Positions 11,401 through 19,142 of a DNA stretch of 64,000 bases are shown in pieces (the first letter of the stretch is position 1; each line of letters begins with the position of its first letter). A program made the position numbers and the translations under genes. The notes under the pieces were generated by a model. The model had not been told where the DNA came from. It searched no databases and saw only the letters and a program-made list of their open reading frames with translations. This stretch comes from a virus (taxonomy: Duplodnaviria > Caudoviricetes), in IMG/VR virus record IMGVR_UViG_3300035682_000032, positions 649 through 64,648 of that record, one strand, 5' to 3'.

Positions 11401-12020
11401 ACCTGCTGATCAACAGCACCGGATACCGTGAGCAAGACAACGCAGTGCTGGCATTCTTGCAACTCATGGGTGGCCCAGTCTACGGCGTAGCCGACCGGAT
11501 ACAGCAGGGCGTTAAGTTGATCAACGAGGGTGAGACCGAGCGCGGCTTGGAGCGTATGCTCCCCGCAGGTATCGCCAACGGGTTCAAGGGTATTCGCTTT
11601 GCAACTGAGGGTGCCAACACCTTGCGTGGTGACCCGATCACCGGTGAGATGCACCCTGCCAATGCGTACGCTCAGATGTTTGGTTTTGCACCTGCCGAGT
11701 ACACCCGCCAGTTGGAGATCAATGCGTCCCTCAAGAACATTGAGCGCCGTGCTACCAAGGAACGTACCAAGGTGTTGCGCGACTACTACATCGCCGCACG
11801 AAGTGGTGACGCAGACGGCATGAGTGATGCACTGGACGACATGTTCAAGTTCAACAAGTTGCACCCCACGGCGGCAATCACAGCCGAGACTATCCAGAAC
11901 TCAATGGCGCAACACATGAAGACATCGCAAGAGATGTACCATGGCGTCACCCTCAATAAGAAGCTCCGCCCTGAGTTGTTACAGAACGCGGCTGAGTACG
12001 ACAACGGGTTGCTGGACTGA
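5412..12020 (+). CDS. large polyvalent/internal virion protein with a zincin-like metallopeptidase motif
   Basis: AAGGAG RBS, 2202 aa. Gly/Ala hydrophobic N-terminal region, GLYDP...LLHEAVH...DEFVAEA (HExxH plus downstream Glu), helical C-terminal region. Last gene of the late arm. Confidence 0.7.
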   Translation: MPLYQITGPDGNLYEIEGPEGATRQQVIAAVQKRMSSQEDTNAEARLQQLRAEREEMLKPKPTVGGSIKEFGKGLVPGAINLLESAGTGISALLPDDTEKAAREKIKELAGIAKKPFEAGAGYEDSVMRKLGEGLGSTLPFFAAGPLGLAGRVAAGGLGVAAGAGEARESAEAKGATGEERRLATQLGAPTGLLDLLAPQIKPFKSLVGTAFARGGVEGATEAAQKVAQNLIAKGVYDPQQEILVGSGEEGAYGAGVGALASLIIDMTIGRKARRASLGLDKEAPKETTPDALRLTGEAPFTPVGLPDGSVAMTREDLAAYEESKFKDKYAPQDAAPRLREKDAVGTQGELYPSERDSALIQLSQMEGPQRQAPADFELEMQEAPRGVQQELDLQPRIERDTQTRDMIDDLEETQQIEELYAKDEREAAKIRAEKERIKFESDLAELTGAVERKQEKTSQDTRLQLLLPIVESDVKNIPKAFVLELKREGFTNTNLTDRERNLINRAYDIRLAEEPVVEAEPEVQASEEQKKELRSIESLIPEKKAQREPQQMGFPGMGKPKGAAPQAFSEEEIASQEKPFATVLTPEVLANAGLPKQSGFYKQLLNMDMADTAQQPVVANIFGRIRENPNLSTGTKDAVENLAMQAFGGLAKQGDMFVPAKPIKAAKEDKKNATATRPAAGKPAERGRDKNAGDVAGGTGTRTEDRKPSGAKDERTGAPADTKRVETPKPTGLGDRGKPADDTGVRKGVEPPALKKTEVKDGKVTSLVERRQNQIEDQEDAQDAAEFAEDLKAVRQRTRNKYERRIKSLWPVIEKAKKVLRDTAYPNSLEAGSVERSIQELEGVAKQYDALMEGENFNSPLRRFDEVMEGLSADTQRLQEAIDALNASPKPKPKTEAKGKPEAKAEKPKADASFGAYGQVMEAESKSDALDYLAYDMYVAMFEKHKLLSRVDKLNDITAQLRTGIPVDDIAFGREGTTSIVPLSGGKYAKAFYESLSAADKRALSNKMSDYFNKSEAEVRRGSTQFNVQQELSRATKEQMDNDQLELSRDAVVLALPLHPAIRKALKAGDLRGALTMLGSQNLGRASEVAKKLAGAMGKTKVELEPMLLNAEDVPVAGLYDPKTDTIKLDAEEGVNLHVLLHEAVHAATSHVIDNKSHPVTKQLTELYNNVKDSLDTAYGAQSLDEFVAEAFSNPEFQQQLAAINPKGEAITAWQRFMHAIRNFVRSIMGKETKGMGSALDASDSLINTILSPAPESREAGSLFSASLLGKSSAVFKTLDNRILSLPALDNKIVGGIYELFREGVPSAVQKLVRRSLPLNALTEVAKEDIPMAPKLDELEKRWSGSIDKRKRATEATMKRIQNWVKGNPEKEVILNDVIATSTLDQVDPSKPRADYKGKQSESGLDKQKVWDDLQPQWNKLGPEGQSVYKQMRDTYAKTYDDLLNLMFNRIDNSVTDKEDAKKLKTEIYQRLATKGKIEPYFPLTRNGDYRLSYDGKGRDGNLEHFVEHFETSVERERAIKELEKESGVKNIQRFKGGAKRTYKDAPPTSFVNSILRTLEANRPAGEAGKIHDQMTDEIMRTFLSTLPETSFAQAFRKRKNTPGFSFDAPAAFFTRSMGMAHQLANLEYSGKMYQLRDEIDKHVKEKNNTERARGLADELNSHIQTLVSPDIAPWSKALTSTAFAWTLGFNVSSAVVNMSQVPLVLMPYLGGKYGYSETMKALGSATKLFFGSGLKRNAEMSVPTADGKSKIEISAGFSLDNYDFDAKDTPPEIKRLKELSQIAEDYGLLSRSMTHDILDMDEKSTPLNRVNAWSGFIFHHGERMNRQISLIASYELELDRMAKDGEKIDSASRTEAAKRAIQTTELLNGGASAGSAPLLAKNSIGKIMFMYKRYGVSMYYMMFKTAREAMKSEDKKVRDAAMRQIVGIYASAGMMAGVQGLPMFGIMAAVYNMFKGDDEDDAETAARKYLGEGLFNGAVNYLTGTAVANRIGLSDLLINSTGYREQDNAVLAFLQLMGGPVYGVADRIQQGVKLINEGETERGLERMLPAGIANGFKGIRFATEGANTLRGDPITGEMHPANAYAQMFGFAPAEYTRQLEINASLKNIERRATKERTKVLRDYYIAARSGDADGMSDALDDMFKFNKLHPTAAITAETIQNSMAQHMKTSQEMYHGVTLNKKLRPELLQNAAEYDNGLLD
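7429..7677 (+). CDS. overprinted small protein (82 aa) in the +1 frame inside the 2202-aa gene
   Basis: AAGGAGG RBS 9 nt before the ATG at 7429. Protein-like helical sequence; the host frame is low-complexity here. Confidence 0.5.
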   Translation: MQPQQDPQPGNPLNEDVIRTQEMSLEELELALKIANRAVQRTSALEPLLIPSELKHLSPLDWEIVGNLLMTLECEKAWSPLH

Positions 12021-12021
12021 T

Positions 12022-12052
12022 AAAAAAACCCCCGCTTTTTACGGCGGGGGTT
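12022..12052 (-). terminator. Rho-independent terminator of the leftward arm/sRNA (possibly bidirectional)
   Basis: Minus strand AACCCCCGC-cgtaaaaa-GCGGGGGTT running into a T7 tract. Confidence 0.85.
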
Positions 12053-12095
12053 AAATCTCTTTTCAAAGGAGAAACGAAGTGACAGGCAACCTGTC
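12022..12095 (-). ncRNA. candidate trans-acting small RNA with an anti-RBS seed
   Basis: Upstream promoter match, 5' hairpin GACAGG-ttg-CCTGTC, pyrimidine-rich segment ACUUCGUUUCUCCUUU, then the intrinsic terminator. Confidence 0.55.
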
Positions 12096-12102
12096 GGGGG
12101 CG

Positions 12103-12131
12103 ATACTATCACAACCTTCTCCAAATGCGAA
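12103..12131 (-). promoter_or_regulatory. sigma70-like promoter for the candidate sRNA
   Basis: TTCGCA-17 nt-TAGTAT with an extended -10 (TGn). Confidence 0.5.
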
Positions 12132-12372
12132 CCCCCCAGTAGCCACCTTCGATTCCGGGCCGGTAGTGAACGACCCATTCCCATTGACTTGTTATCTGGT
12201 GAACCTGACGCACAAGCTCCAGCGTATTCACGCAAGGGATGAACACAGAGGCACCCGCTGGAAACTTGTCCCAGCGGACAACGATACGCACCCCATCGGG
12301 TGCGAGGTCGTCAATCCTGACTCTGTTTCTCGAACAGCGCGGCGGTTGTCGCCAGAGCTTGCTCAGTTTCAT
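12109..12372 (-). CDS. hypothetical protein (start uncertain)
   Basis: ORF overlapping the primase 3' end, with globular-looking sequence (GASVFIPC...GVRIWR). Confidence 0.55.
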   Translation of the reverse strand: MKLSKLWRQPPRCSRNRVRIDDLAPDGVRIVVRWDKFPAGASVFIPCVNTLELVRQVHQITSQWEWVVHYRPGIEGGYWGVRIWRRL

Positions 12373-15166
12373 CGTCCATAAACCCTGTGCAGTCCAACAC
12401 CAAAACATCGGTGGGGGGCATGTTGATGTGGGTGCCCTTGCCGAGTCGAACCTTGGCTTTGATTGCCTTGGTGCTTCCCGTTCTCAGACCGTCAACAAAC
12501 CCAGCGTAGTTGATCTGTTGCTTGCCGCACCATGCCTTGAGGGGCTTGATCAGTAAGTACAGCTTCTTCACATCGTACTCATACCGCGCAACGAACTGAC
12601 CACGAGGTGAACTGTCGGGCACCACAATCTTGTCAAGTGAACCAGCGGTGTTACGCGCATCCTCAGTCGATGTGATGCGGAGCATGTTGTTGTAGTTCTC
12701 AGCCATATAGTCGGTCAGTTGGGCTTCGACATTGACGTTCATCTCGCCCACCATGACTTTGGCTTCAGCCATCACCTTGACAATCCACTGCACAATCGGC
12801 GCAATCTGCCAAGTGATCAGGCCAGCTTTCTTGGCCAACATCAAACCTGCAATGGTGCGTGAAGCCAAGGCAGACCAGTAGCGATTCTCAGCAGACAGGC
12901 TCGACGCCGCATCAAGTTTGCGTTGCACTGTCATGGCAAGTTCTTTGACCGCATCCAAGTTGTTCAGGATGTATTGGATGTAGAGCACACCCGCATGCCC
13001 AAAGTTGTCCTTGATGGCGGTGCTAAAGACATCGGTCTCGGACTTGGTTGCGAACTTCACAGGCTCAACACGGTACTCAAGCACCCGTTGGGCTTCTGCT
13101 TGTGGCAGAGCTTTGAACAGTGCGATGCGTTCAAGCATTGAGGTGTTACCCGTTGTGCCGAACAGAGTCTTCCAAGGTTTGCCACGTACGCGCTCGACGT
13201 TGCCTTTCGGCCCCATGCGGTTACGTTGTAGGCCGCTTGGCAGTTGATACGCCCAGTCAGACAAGTCTTGCGGCTTGGTGTTGGTCATCTCGTCCATATA
13301 GCAGACGATGTTCTTGTACACCTCGGCACGGTTCATCTTTGAATTGAACGTGTCACGCTCTTGCATCACCAACAGATCAGGGTCACCCCAAATAGATGCA
13401 CCTGCATACATGGCTGTGGTCTTACCCAAACCGGAGCCCTTGCTCCATGCGTGGAAAGCGGCGGCGTTGATCGGCTGAAACTCCATGAGGACAGAGCCCA
13501 GCGACAGCCCAAACATGAATTGGTGCAACTCCATGTTCGGTTGGTTGTAAAACTCCATGGTCTGCTTCCACTTCTCCAACGTGCCCTTGGACTTGAAGAT
13601 CGGGAACAGCCCCACGGTAGCGGCAGAGGGTGAACTCACTTCAACACGGTCTTTGAAAACTTCCATGTTGCCGACAACAAACGATTCGTGCTTGTCGTCC
13701 TTCCACCCAAATTGCCGACATGCTTCGTCGGCTTCAGAATTAAACTGTAACTCGTTTACCCATCTCATCGTGTACTCCATCAGTTCTTGTACGTTCAGGA
13801 CTGCCACACCCTGTGCCGCAAGTTGCTTGCGAAACTCATCCTTCGTACCCACAGCAGTTAAAGGCAACGTGAACTCACGTACGCCATCCTTGGGCAAGTG
13901 CAAACGCATCACCAATGACTCACCTGCTTCGGGGTCTTTGATGCGCCGTATGACGTAGAGGTCGTTGAAATAAACCATCACGTCTTTGTCTTCACCCTCG
14001 GTGTTCTTGGAGTGCTTGAACACCCCACCACTCTTACCCCTGAAGTACGGGTGCGGGTACTTGGGGATGACGTATCGAATTGGCGTAGCCGCAGTCACGT
14101 CCAGTGGTTTCTCAATGACGATGTTGTCAGACTCGTCAGCTTCCTCAACCTCACGCCCAAGGGAGATCGGTGATTTGATCTTGCCCCAGTGCTTGCAGTC
14201 AGGGCAGACACCCGCACGGTACTCGTCAAAACGTGTGCACAGGTATGGGCCTTTGATCAGGTCAACCTTGTGCTCGGTTCCTTCGGGTGTGTACTCAGGG
14301 TGCTTGGCAGAAATCTTGTGAATTGCTTTGCCACCATCAACACAGAACTTGGCAATCGACAGCCCCGCTCTCCACAAAGGCTCTGAGATGTTTGGTTGGT
14401 TGTTGACAACTTCTTTGAGTTGTTCGCACCCAGTGCCACTCATGGTCTTGATCAGTATGGTCTTGAACCGACTCACGAAACTGCCCGACAGGGCTTGCAT
14501 CATGGCGTCTTGCTCTTGCGGCACATACTTCTTTGGGGGCACCAAGATTGACGAGTCATCGCCCATCAGGTCACGGAACACGTCAAACTCAATAGGTGCA
14601 CCTGCCTCACCCACTAACCCCACGGGGGCAGGAGGATTGGGCTTGTGATTGTGCGTATTGGGCACCCGCAACACACGCGCCGCATCTGCTGGTACGGCAG
14701 GGTCATTGCGCATCCCGTGCTTTGTACACAGGCGTTTGAATTGCTCAGCAACAGGCACCCACGTTTCACGTGAAACAGGGGCGGTCAACGGCCAGTACAC
14801 ATGGATGCCACGTCCTGAATTTACGATAGTCGGGCGCGGTAGCTTCAGTTCTTTACAGAACGTGCGTAGTGCGGCAAGAGCTTCGCTCTGTGTCGCGTAG
14901 TCTTTTGTTGGCCCACAGTCAAGGTCAAGAAAGAATGATCTAAGTTGTTTTACGTTGGGTGCCTTACGAGACCCAGCTTGGTCAAAAGTGCCCAACGCAA
15001 AATAAGCGTCATACCCTTCAGCATCTAAATTGTGAGCAGCATGGATTGCGGCATCAAGGTTGTCGTAGAACTTCTGCACCTTGCGTTCATCGGATAGCCG
15101 ATAGGCAAATATGCAGTAATACCCTTCATCCCCCAGTACCGACTCCAGAAATTTTTTTGTTTCCAT
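12311..15166 (-). CDS. primase-helicase (RepB-like primase N-terminus + DUF927/NTPase)
   Basis: FFLDLD, SGRGIHVYW and RVLRVP primase motifs, CxxC, Walker A GSGLGKTT, Walker B YMDE. Confidence 0.85.
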   Translation of the reverse strand: METKKFLESVLGDEGYYCIFAYRLSDERKVQKFYDNLDAAIHAAHNLDAEGYDAYFALGTFDQAGSRKAPNVKQLRSFFLDLDCGPTKDYATQSEALAALRTFCKELKLPRPTIVNSGRGIHVYWPLTAPVSRETWVPVAEQFKRLCTKHGMRNDPAVPADAARVLRVPNTHNHKPNPPAPVGLVGEAGAPIEFDVFRDLMGDDSSILVPPKKYVPQEQDAMMQALSGSFVSRFKTILIKTMSGTGCEQLKEVVNNQPNISEPLWRAGLSIAKFCVDGGKAIHKISAKHPEYTPEGTEHKVDLIKGPYLCTRFDEYRAGVCPDCKHWGKIKSPISLGREVEEADESDNIVIEKPLDVTAATPIRYVIPKYPHPYFRGKSGGVFKHSKNTEGEDKDVMVYFNDLYVIRRIKDPEAGESLVMRLHLPKDGVREFTLPLTAVGTKDEFRKQLAAQGVAVLNVQELMEYTMRWVNELQFNSEADEACRQFGWKDDKHESFVVGNMEVFKDRVEVSSPSAATVGLFPIFKSKGTLEKWKQTMEFYNQPNMELHQFMFGLSLGSVLMEFQPINAAAFHAWSKGSGLGKTTAMYAGASIWGDPDLLVMQERDTFNSKMNRAEVYKNIVCYMDEMTNTKPQDLSDWAYQLPSGLQRNRMGPKGNVERVRGKPWKTLFGTTGNTSMLERIALFKALPQAEAQRVLEYRVEPVKFATKSETDVFSTAIKDNFGHAGVLYIQYILNNLDAVKELAMTVQRKLDAASSLSAENRYWSALASRTIAGLMLAKKAGLITWQIAPIVQWIVKVMAEAKVMVGEMNVNVEAQLTDYMAENYNNMLRITSTEDARNTAGSLDKIVVPDSSPRGQFVARYEYDVKKLYLLIKPLKAWCGKQQINYAGFVDGLRTGSTKAIKAKVRLGKGTHINMPPTDVLVLDCTGFMDDETEQALATTAALFEKQSQD

Positions 15167-15199
15167 AGCCGCCAGTTGTTAGAGTGAATGAGATAACCG

Positions 15200-15228
15200 A
15201 AAAGAAAGGGTGGGGAGCGACCCCACCC
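15200..15228 (-). terminator. intrinsic terminator between the SSB-like gene and primase
   Basis: Minus strand GGGTGGGG-tcgct-CCCCACCC-TTTCTTTT. Confidence 0.75.
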
Positions 15229-15237
15229 TAAAACAAA

Positions 15238-16182
15238 TCAGTCGTCCCAGTCTCCAACAATATCGCTCAACTCAGACTTCGGCTCAGCGGCAGGTGCGGC
15301 TTTCTTGGTCACCTTGATTGGCTCAGGCACTTCTTCAGCCTCAACCTTCTCAGCTTTCGGCGCAGTCTTGGCAACGATCTTCTCGTATGCAGGTGCGTCT
15401 TCTTGCTTGGTCAATTCACCCATCGGCAACGTACCCTTTGGCTCAGGAATCACGCCGTCCATTTGCGACACGTTCAGGGTGATTGCCTTGATGGTGTCAG
15501 GATGGTTTTGCAACTTGACTGCAACCTTGAGTTCTTCTTCCTCCAGTGCACGCACGGGGCTGAACACAAGTTTAGGAGTGGCGCTGTCAATGTCAAAACG
15601 CATCTCGGTCACAATGGAAATCGCAGGAGTGTTGTACGCCTTGAGGTGACGACCATAGGCTTGCAGTGGCATCTTCTTACCCTCTGCATCACCGAACACA
15701 GATGTTGATGGCAGTGTGATCTGATACACGGCTTCTTTGTGCAACTCGCCATCGAGCGCCACGGCTATACGCTGTTGGAAACGGCAAGCGCGTGTGTCGC
15801 CTTGACCGGAGCCCTTGATGTGTTGCTTGCAGTCTTTGCAGAACTTGGCTTGACGCTGATCTTCGGGCACTGCCTTGTCAGGGGTTTGCGTGTCGCTTGA
15901 CCAGCACGTGGGCTTGGTCTTGGCACCCTTGACGTAGGTGCCTTCAAAGAACATACGCGACACAGGTGCGGCGTTGATCAGGATGACTTTCATTGAGCGT
16001 TCTTCGCTCACACGAACTTCTTTGCCACCAACATACTCGCGGAATGCACCGCCTTCAATGCTGATGCGCTTGTTGCCACTACCGCCACCCGCAAGGGTAC
16101 TTGTCAGGCTGTCTTCTACTCCGCTCAAGAGGGCGAGGGCGGCGTTGTTGGGTTTTCCAAACAGGGTCATTTCGTTACTCAT
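15238..16182 (-). CDS. putative ssDNA-binding/recombination protein
   Basis: Replication-module context, CWS...CKDC...C zinc motif, acidic C-terminal tip (GDWDD). Confidence 0.6.
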   Translation of the reverse strand: MSNEMTLFGKPNNAALALLSGVEDSLTSTLAGGGSGNKRISIEGGAFREYVGGKEVRVSEERSMKVILINAAPVSRMFFEGTYVKGAKTKPTCWSSDTQTPDKAVPEDQRQAKFCKDCKQHIKGSGQGDTRACRFQQRIAVALDGELHKEAVYQITLPSTSVFGDAEGKKMPLQAYGRHLKAYNTPAISIVTEMRFDIDSATPKLVFSPVRALEEEELKVAVKLQNHPDTIKAITLNVSQMDGVIPEPKGTLPMGELTKQEDAPAYEKIVAKTAPKAEKVEAEEVPEPIKVTKKAAPAAEPKSELSDIVGDWDD

Positions 16183-16196
16183 TTTCGTTTCTCCAG

Positions 16197-16460
16197 TTAA
16201 ATATCTTCGTCAGGGTTGTTGAATGCCAATTCAAGTTGAACAGGCAGTTTGGGGTCTACGGCTTTTGGTGCTTCCGGTTCGTCCTTGGGTACGCTTGAAA
16301 GGGCTTTGACCACCGCAGGTACGTTGAAGCGGTAGGTGTTACCGATCTTCAGATACGTGTCTTTGGGGATGTAGCCCTGTCGCACCCATGCACGAACAGT
16401 CGATACCGAAACCGTAAACTGTTTGGCCAAGTCTTCGATTGGCACAAATGGTTCACTCAT
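16197..16460 (-). CDS. excisionase-like HTH DNA-binding protein
   Basis: IEDLAKQFTVSVSTVRAWVRQGYIP...KIGNTYRF matches the HTH_17/MerR-like pattern. Confidence 0.8.
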   Translation of the reverse strand: MSEPFVPIEDLAKQFTVSVSTVRAWVRQGYIPKDTYLKIGNTYRFNVPAVVKALSSVPKDEPEAPKAVDPKLPVQLELAFNNPDEDI

Positions 16461-16882
16461 TACTTTCTCCTTACGGTTATGGTGTATTCGCTATCCACAT
16501 TGAGTCCCGGTGGTAACGTGTCAGGATTGGCCTCAAGGAACTCTTTGAGGTTGGTTTGATGTATGCGCTCATGCAGTAACTGCGGCGCATTGTGCTCAAC
16601 GATGAACTTGTGCATCGACTCCCAGTCGTTTGTCCAATAGTTCACCTTGACGGTGCGATAGAACAAGCCTTCGCCTGTGCGTACGCTGTCTACGTTTTGC
16701 TCTTTACAGAAACCCAAGAGGGCAGACTTTACTTTGTCCATCTGACCCTTGAGCTTCTTCTCCTCGGTCTCGTAGGCTACACGCATCTCGTCGTGCTTGG
16801 CCTTCATCTTCAGGTACACCCTGACCAGCTTCTCGGGCGGTAAGGCAGGGGTTTCTGTGGGTGTGTCGGTTGGCTCAGTCAT
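16460..16882 (-). CDS. conserved phage hypothetical protein
   Basis: Coiled-coil N-terminus, LPPGLNVDSEYTITVRRK end; GAGG RBS supports the ATG at 16882. Confidence 0.65.
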   Translation of the reverse strand: MTEPTDTPTETPALPPEKLVRVYLKMKAKHDEMRVAYETEEKKLKGQMDKVKSALLGFCKEQNVDSVRTGEGLFYRTVKVNYWTNDWESMHKFIVEHNAPQLLHERIHQTNLKEFLEANPDTLPPGLNVDSEYTITVRRK

Positions 16883-17156
16883 TGTTGATTTCCTCGTTGA
16901 GTTTTTGATGGGCGATGGCAAGTCCGTAGGCTTGCTTGGTTTGGTCGAGAAAGTTCTCGAACGGCACCCCATGCTCCACTGCCGCCAAAGCATAGACTTC
17001 AGCCAATGCGGTCAGCAGAATCGGTGTGGTGAGTTCTCGCTCGGCATGCACCTTGCGAATACCCTGCATGATGGCAGTCTTGAGGTCTGTCATCGTGCGA
17101 ACCGACTTCATCAGTTCCTCAGCGCGGCGCTGTTTATAGTCAGGATTCTCTGTCAC
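16875..17156 (-). CDS. hypothetical protein
   Basis: GGAG RBS and GTG start, downstream of a near-consensus promoter. Confidence 0.65.
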   Translation of the reverse strand: MTENPDYKQRRAEELMKSVRTMTDLKTAIMQGIRKVHAERELTTPILLTALAEVYALAAVEHGVPFENFLDQTKQAYGLAIAHQKLNEEINND

Positions 17157-17185
17157 TTCGTTCTCCGTTTGTTGTTGGGGTTTTT

Positions 17186-17214
17186 ATTATAGTGGCGTTT
17201 TACCGATTATTCAA
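17186..17214 (-). promoter_or_regulatory. sigma70 promoter
   Basis: TTGAAT-17 nt-TATAAT. Confidence 0.75.
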
Positions 17215-18748
17215 GTATTTCTTTGTAAAGATCAACTATTTTTGAGTGAACGTCAATTTTATTATCTAATAAGTTGTAAACGTGTCTTTCTACACCTGAC
17301 CCCACCAGTTGTACCACTGTAGATGGGTGTCGCTGACCCGAACGGTGGACTCGGGCGTTGGCTTGGGCATAGGTCTCAAGGGAGGATGTCGGCCCCCACC
17401 ACACCACCGTATTGGCGGCTGTAAGGGTCACACCGTGCGCGGCGGCTTGTGGTTGGATGACAAGTACCTTGGTGCCCTCGGGCTCGGTCTGGAAGCGATT
17501 AAAGATGTCGGTGCGCTTGTGCACAGGCACATCCCCGCTGATCACCTCGGTCGTGTAGCCATCGGCATTGAGCTTGTCGGTCAGGATGCTGATCACATGC
17601 TTGAACGGCACGAACACAAGCACCTTCTGACTGGACTCGTCGATCACCTCGGTCAGCACGTTGTAGCGGTTCTTGATGTCGAACTCCAAGGTCTCGCCTG
17701 AATCGGAGTACACCGCACCACAAGATATTTGCAGGAGCTTGGACATGTTCACGGCGGCGTTGACTGACGTGATTTCTTCCCCTGCGGCTTGCACCACCAT
17801 GCGGCTCTTGAGCATGCCGTAGTAGCGTTCCTGTTGCTTGGTCAACTCGACTCGGCGCTTGGTGTAGGTCATCTCGGGCAAGTCAAGGCACTCGTCCTTG
17901 GTGTACCGGATGGCAGGTTGCAAGCACTCGAACACGGTCTGCGTTGCAGTCTCTTTGGCAAGCCAACGGAAGTTGTTGAGCTTGGTCATCACCATGTCGC
18001 GGAAAGTTGTGAAGAACTTGGGGACACCTTGTGGATTGACGAGCTTAGCAAGGCCATACGCATCGAGGGGGGACTGAGCGGCGGGGGTGCCTGTCATCAT
18101 CCAAAGCCATGTCTCAGCCTTGACCAATGAGTTGAGCACCTTCCACCGCTTGGTCTGCACGTTCTTGTAGGCGTTCGCCTCGTCAATCACAATCAGGTCA
18201 AAGCCGCCCTTGGCAATGTCCTCGGCGACGATCTCCACGCCGTCATAGTTGATGATCACAAACTCGGCGATGCCGTTGATGATGGCCTTGCGCTTCTCCT
18301 TGGCACCGTACGCTATGTCAACTGATCGGTGCATAGCGAACTTGAACAGGTCTGCTCTCCACGCTGAATCCATGATGGACAGGGGGCAGATCACAAGCAC
18401 CCTGCGGATTCGTTTCTGTTTGAGCAGGTAATCTGCCGCCCAAATGACTGACCCCGTTTTGCCCGTGCCCTGTTCGTTAAGGCAGAACGCACGGCGGTTC
18501 ATTGTGAGGAATGCGGCTGTTGTCTTCTGATGGTCAAACGGCTTGTACTGGCCGGGCCAGTCGTAGCGTCCCATGATGGGTGATGGCACGTTTTTCACGC
18601 GCAGATTCTTGAGGACTTGCGCCTCATCCAACCCCCAATGCACCAACACTTGGTTGTTTGGGAGTTCCCTACTTTTAGGGATAACTGTCGTGACGCGATG
18701 CGGGTTACGCAACGTCAACAACAGGGCTTTGTTGTCAATGATTTCCAA
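17207..18748 (-). CDS. SNF2-family superfamily 2 helicase
   Basis: EQGTGKT, VIDEA, MTGTP, QANARVHRSGQ motifs. Confidence 0.9.
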   Translation of the reverse strand: MEIIDNKALLLTLRNPHRVTTVIPKSRELPNNQVLVHWGLDEAQVLKNLRVKNVPSPIMGRYDWPGQYKPFDHQKTTAAFLTMNRRAFCLNEQGTGKTGSVIWAADYLLKQKRIRRVLVICPLSIMDSAWRADLFKFAMHRSVDIAYGAKEKRKAIINGIAEFVIINYDGVEIVAEDIAKGGFDLIVIDEANAYKNVQTKRWKVLNSLVKAETWLWMMTGTPAAQSPLDAYGLAKLVNPQGVPKFFTTFRDMVMTKLNNFRWLAKETATQTVFECLQPAIRYTKDECLDLPEMTYTKRRVELTKQQERYYGMLKSRMVVQAAGEEITSVNAAVNMSKLLQISCGAVYSDSGETLEFDIKNRYNVLTEVIDESSQKVLVFVPFKHVISILTDKLNADGYTTEVISGDVPVHKRTDIFNRFQTEPEGTKVLVIQPQAAAHGVTLTAANTVVWWGPTSSLETYAQANARVHRSGQRHPSTVVQLVGSGVERHVYNLLDNKIDVHSKIVDLYKEILE

Positions 18749-18845
18749 TTCGTTCTCCAGCGCAAACGGATAACAGAGCGAAGTGGGTGTCCCACTCGCT
18801 CTTGTCGCCGTCGAAGTTCTAATCTAACCGAACGCGCAGTGCGCG

Positions 18846-19142
18846 TCAAGCGGGTTTCTTCCCGCCTTTTTCTTTTGTGCTATGACCGTTACGGGCACGG
18901 TTCTTGGTAGGCGAAACGATGCGCAGCCCATCTTTGTTTGAGCCACCTTTGGATAACATCTTTACGTGGTCTATGTCCTTGCCTTCACGCTTGTCGGCCT
19001 TGCCGTTGCCGTTCGCATCAGGGGAACTGGCATCAACTTTTCGCCTTGCGCGTTGGCGCTCCATGCGGTCGGGGTGTTCGCCCCGTTCTTTCTGCTTTTG
19101 GTACTCGGCCTTGTAGGGTCGGGGGGATTTGGTGTATGGCAT
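18846..19142 (-). CDS. HNH endonuclease-like protein
   Basis: DIDHVKMLSKGGSN...NRARN. Confidence 0.7.
   Translation of the reverse strand: MPYTKSPRPYKAEYQKQKERGEHPDRMERQRARRKVDASSPDANGNGKADKREGKDIDHVKMLSKGGSNKDGLRIVSPTKNRARNGHSTKEKGGKKPA

Noticed and set aside
12079-12381. + strand ORF with an apparently perfect RBS (GGAGAAACGAA-GTG)
   Set aside because: It lies beyond the terminator hairpin, antisense to two leftward genes, and the product is not protein-like. The RBS-like text is better explained as the complement of the sRNA seed, though this is not fully excluded.
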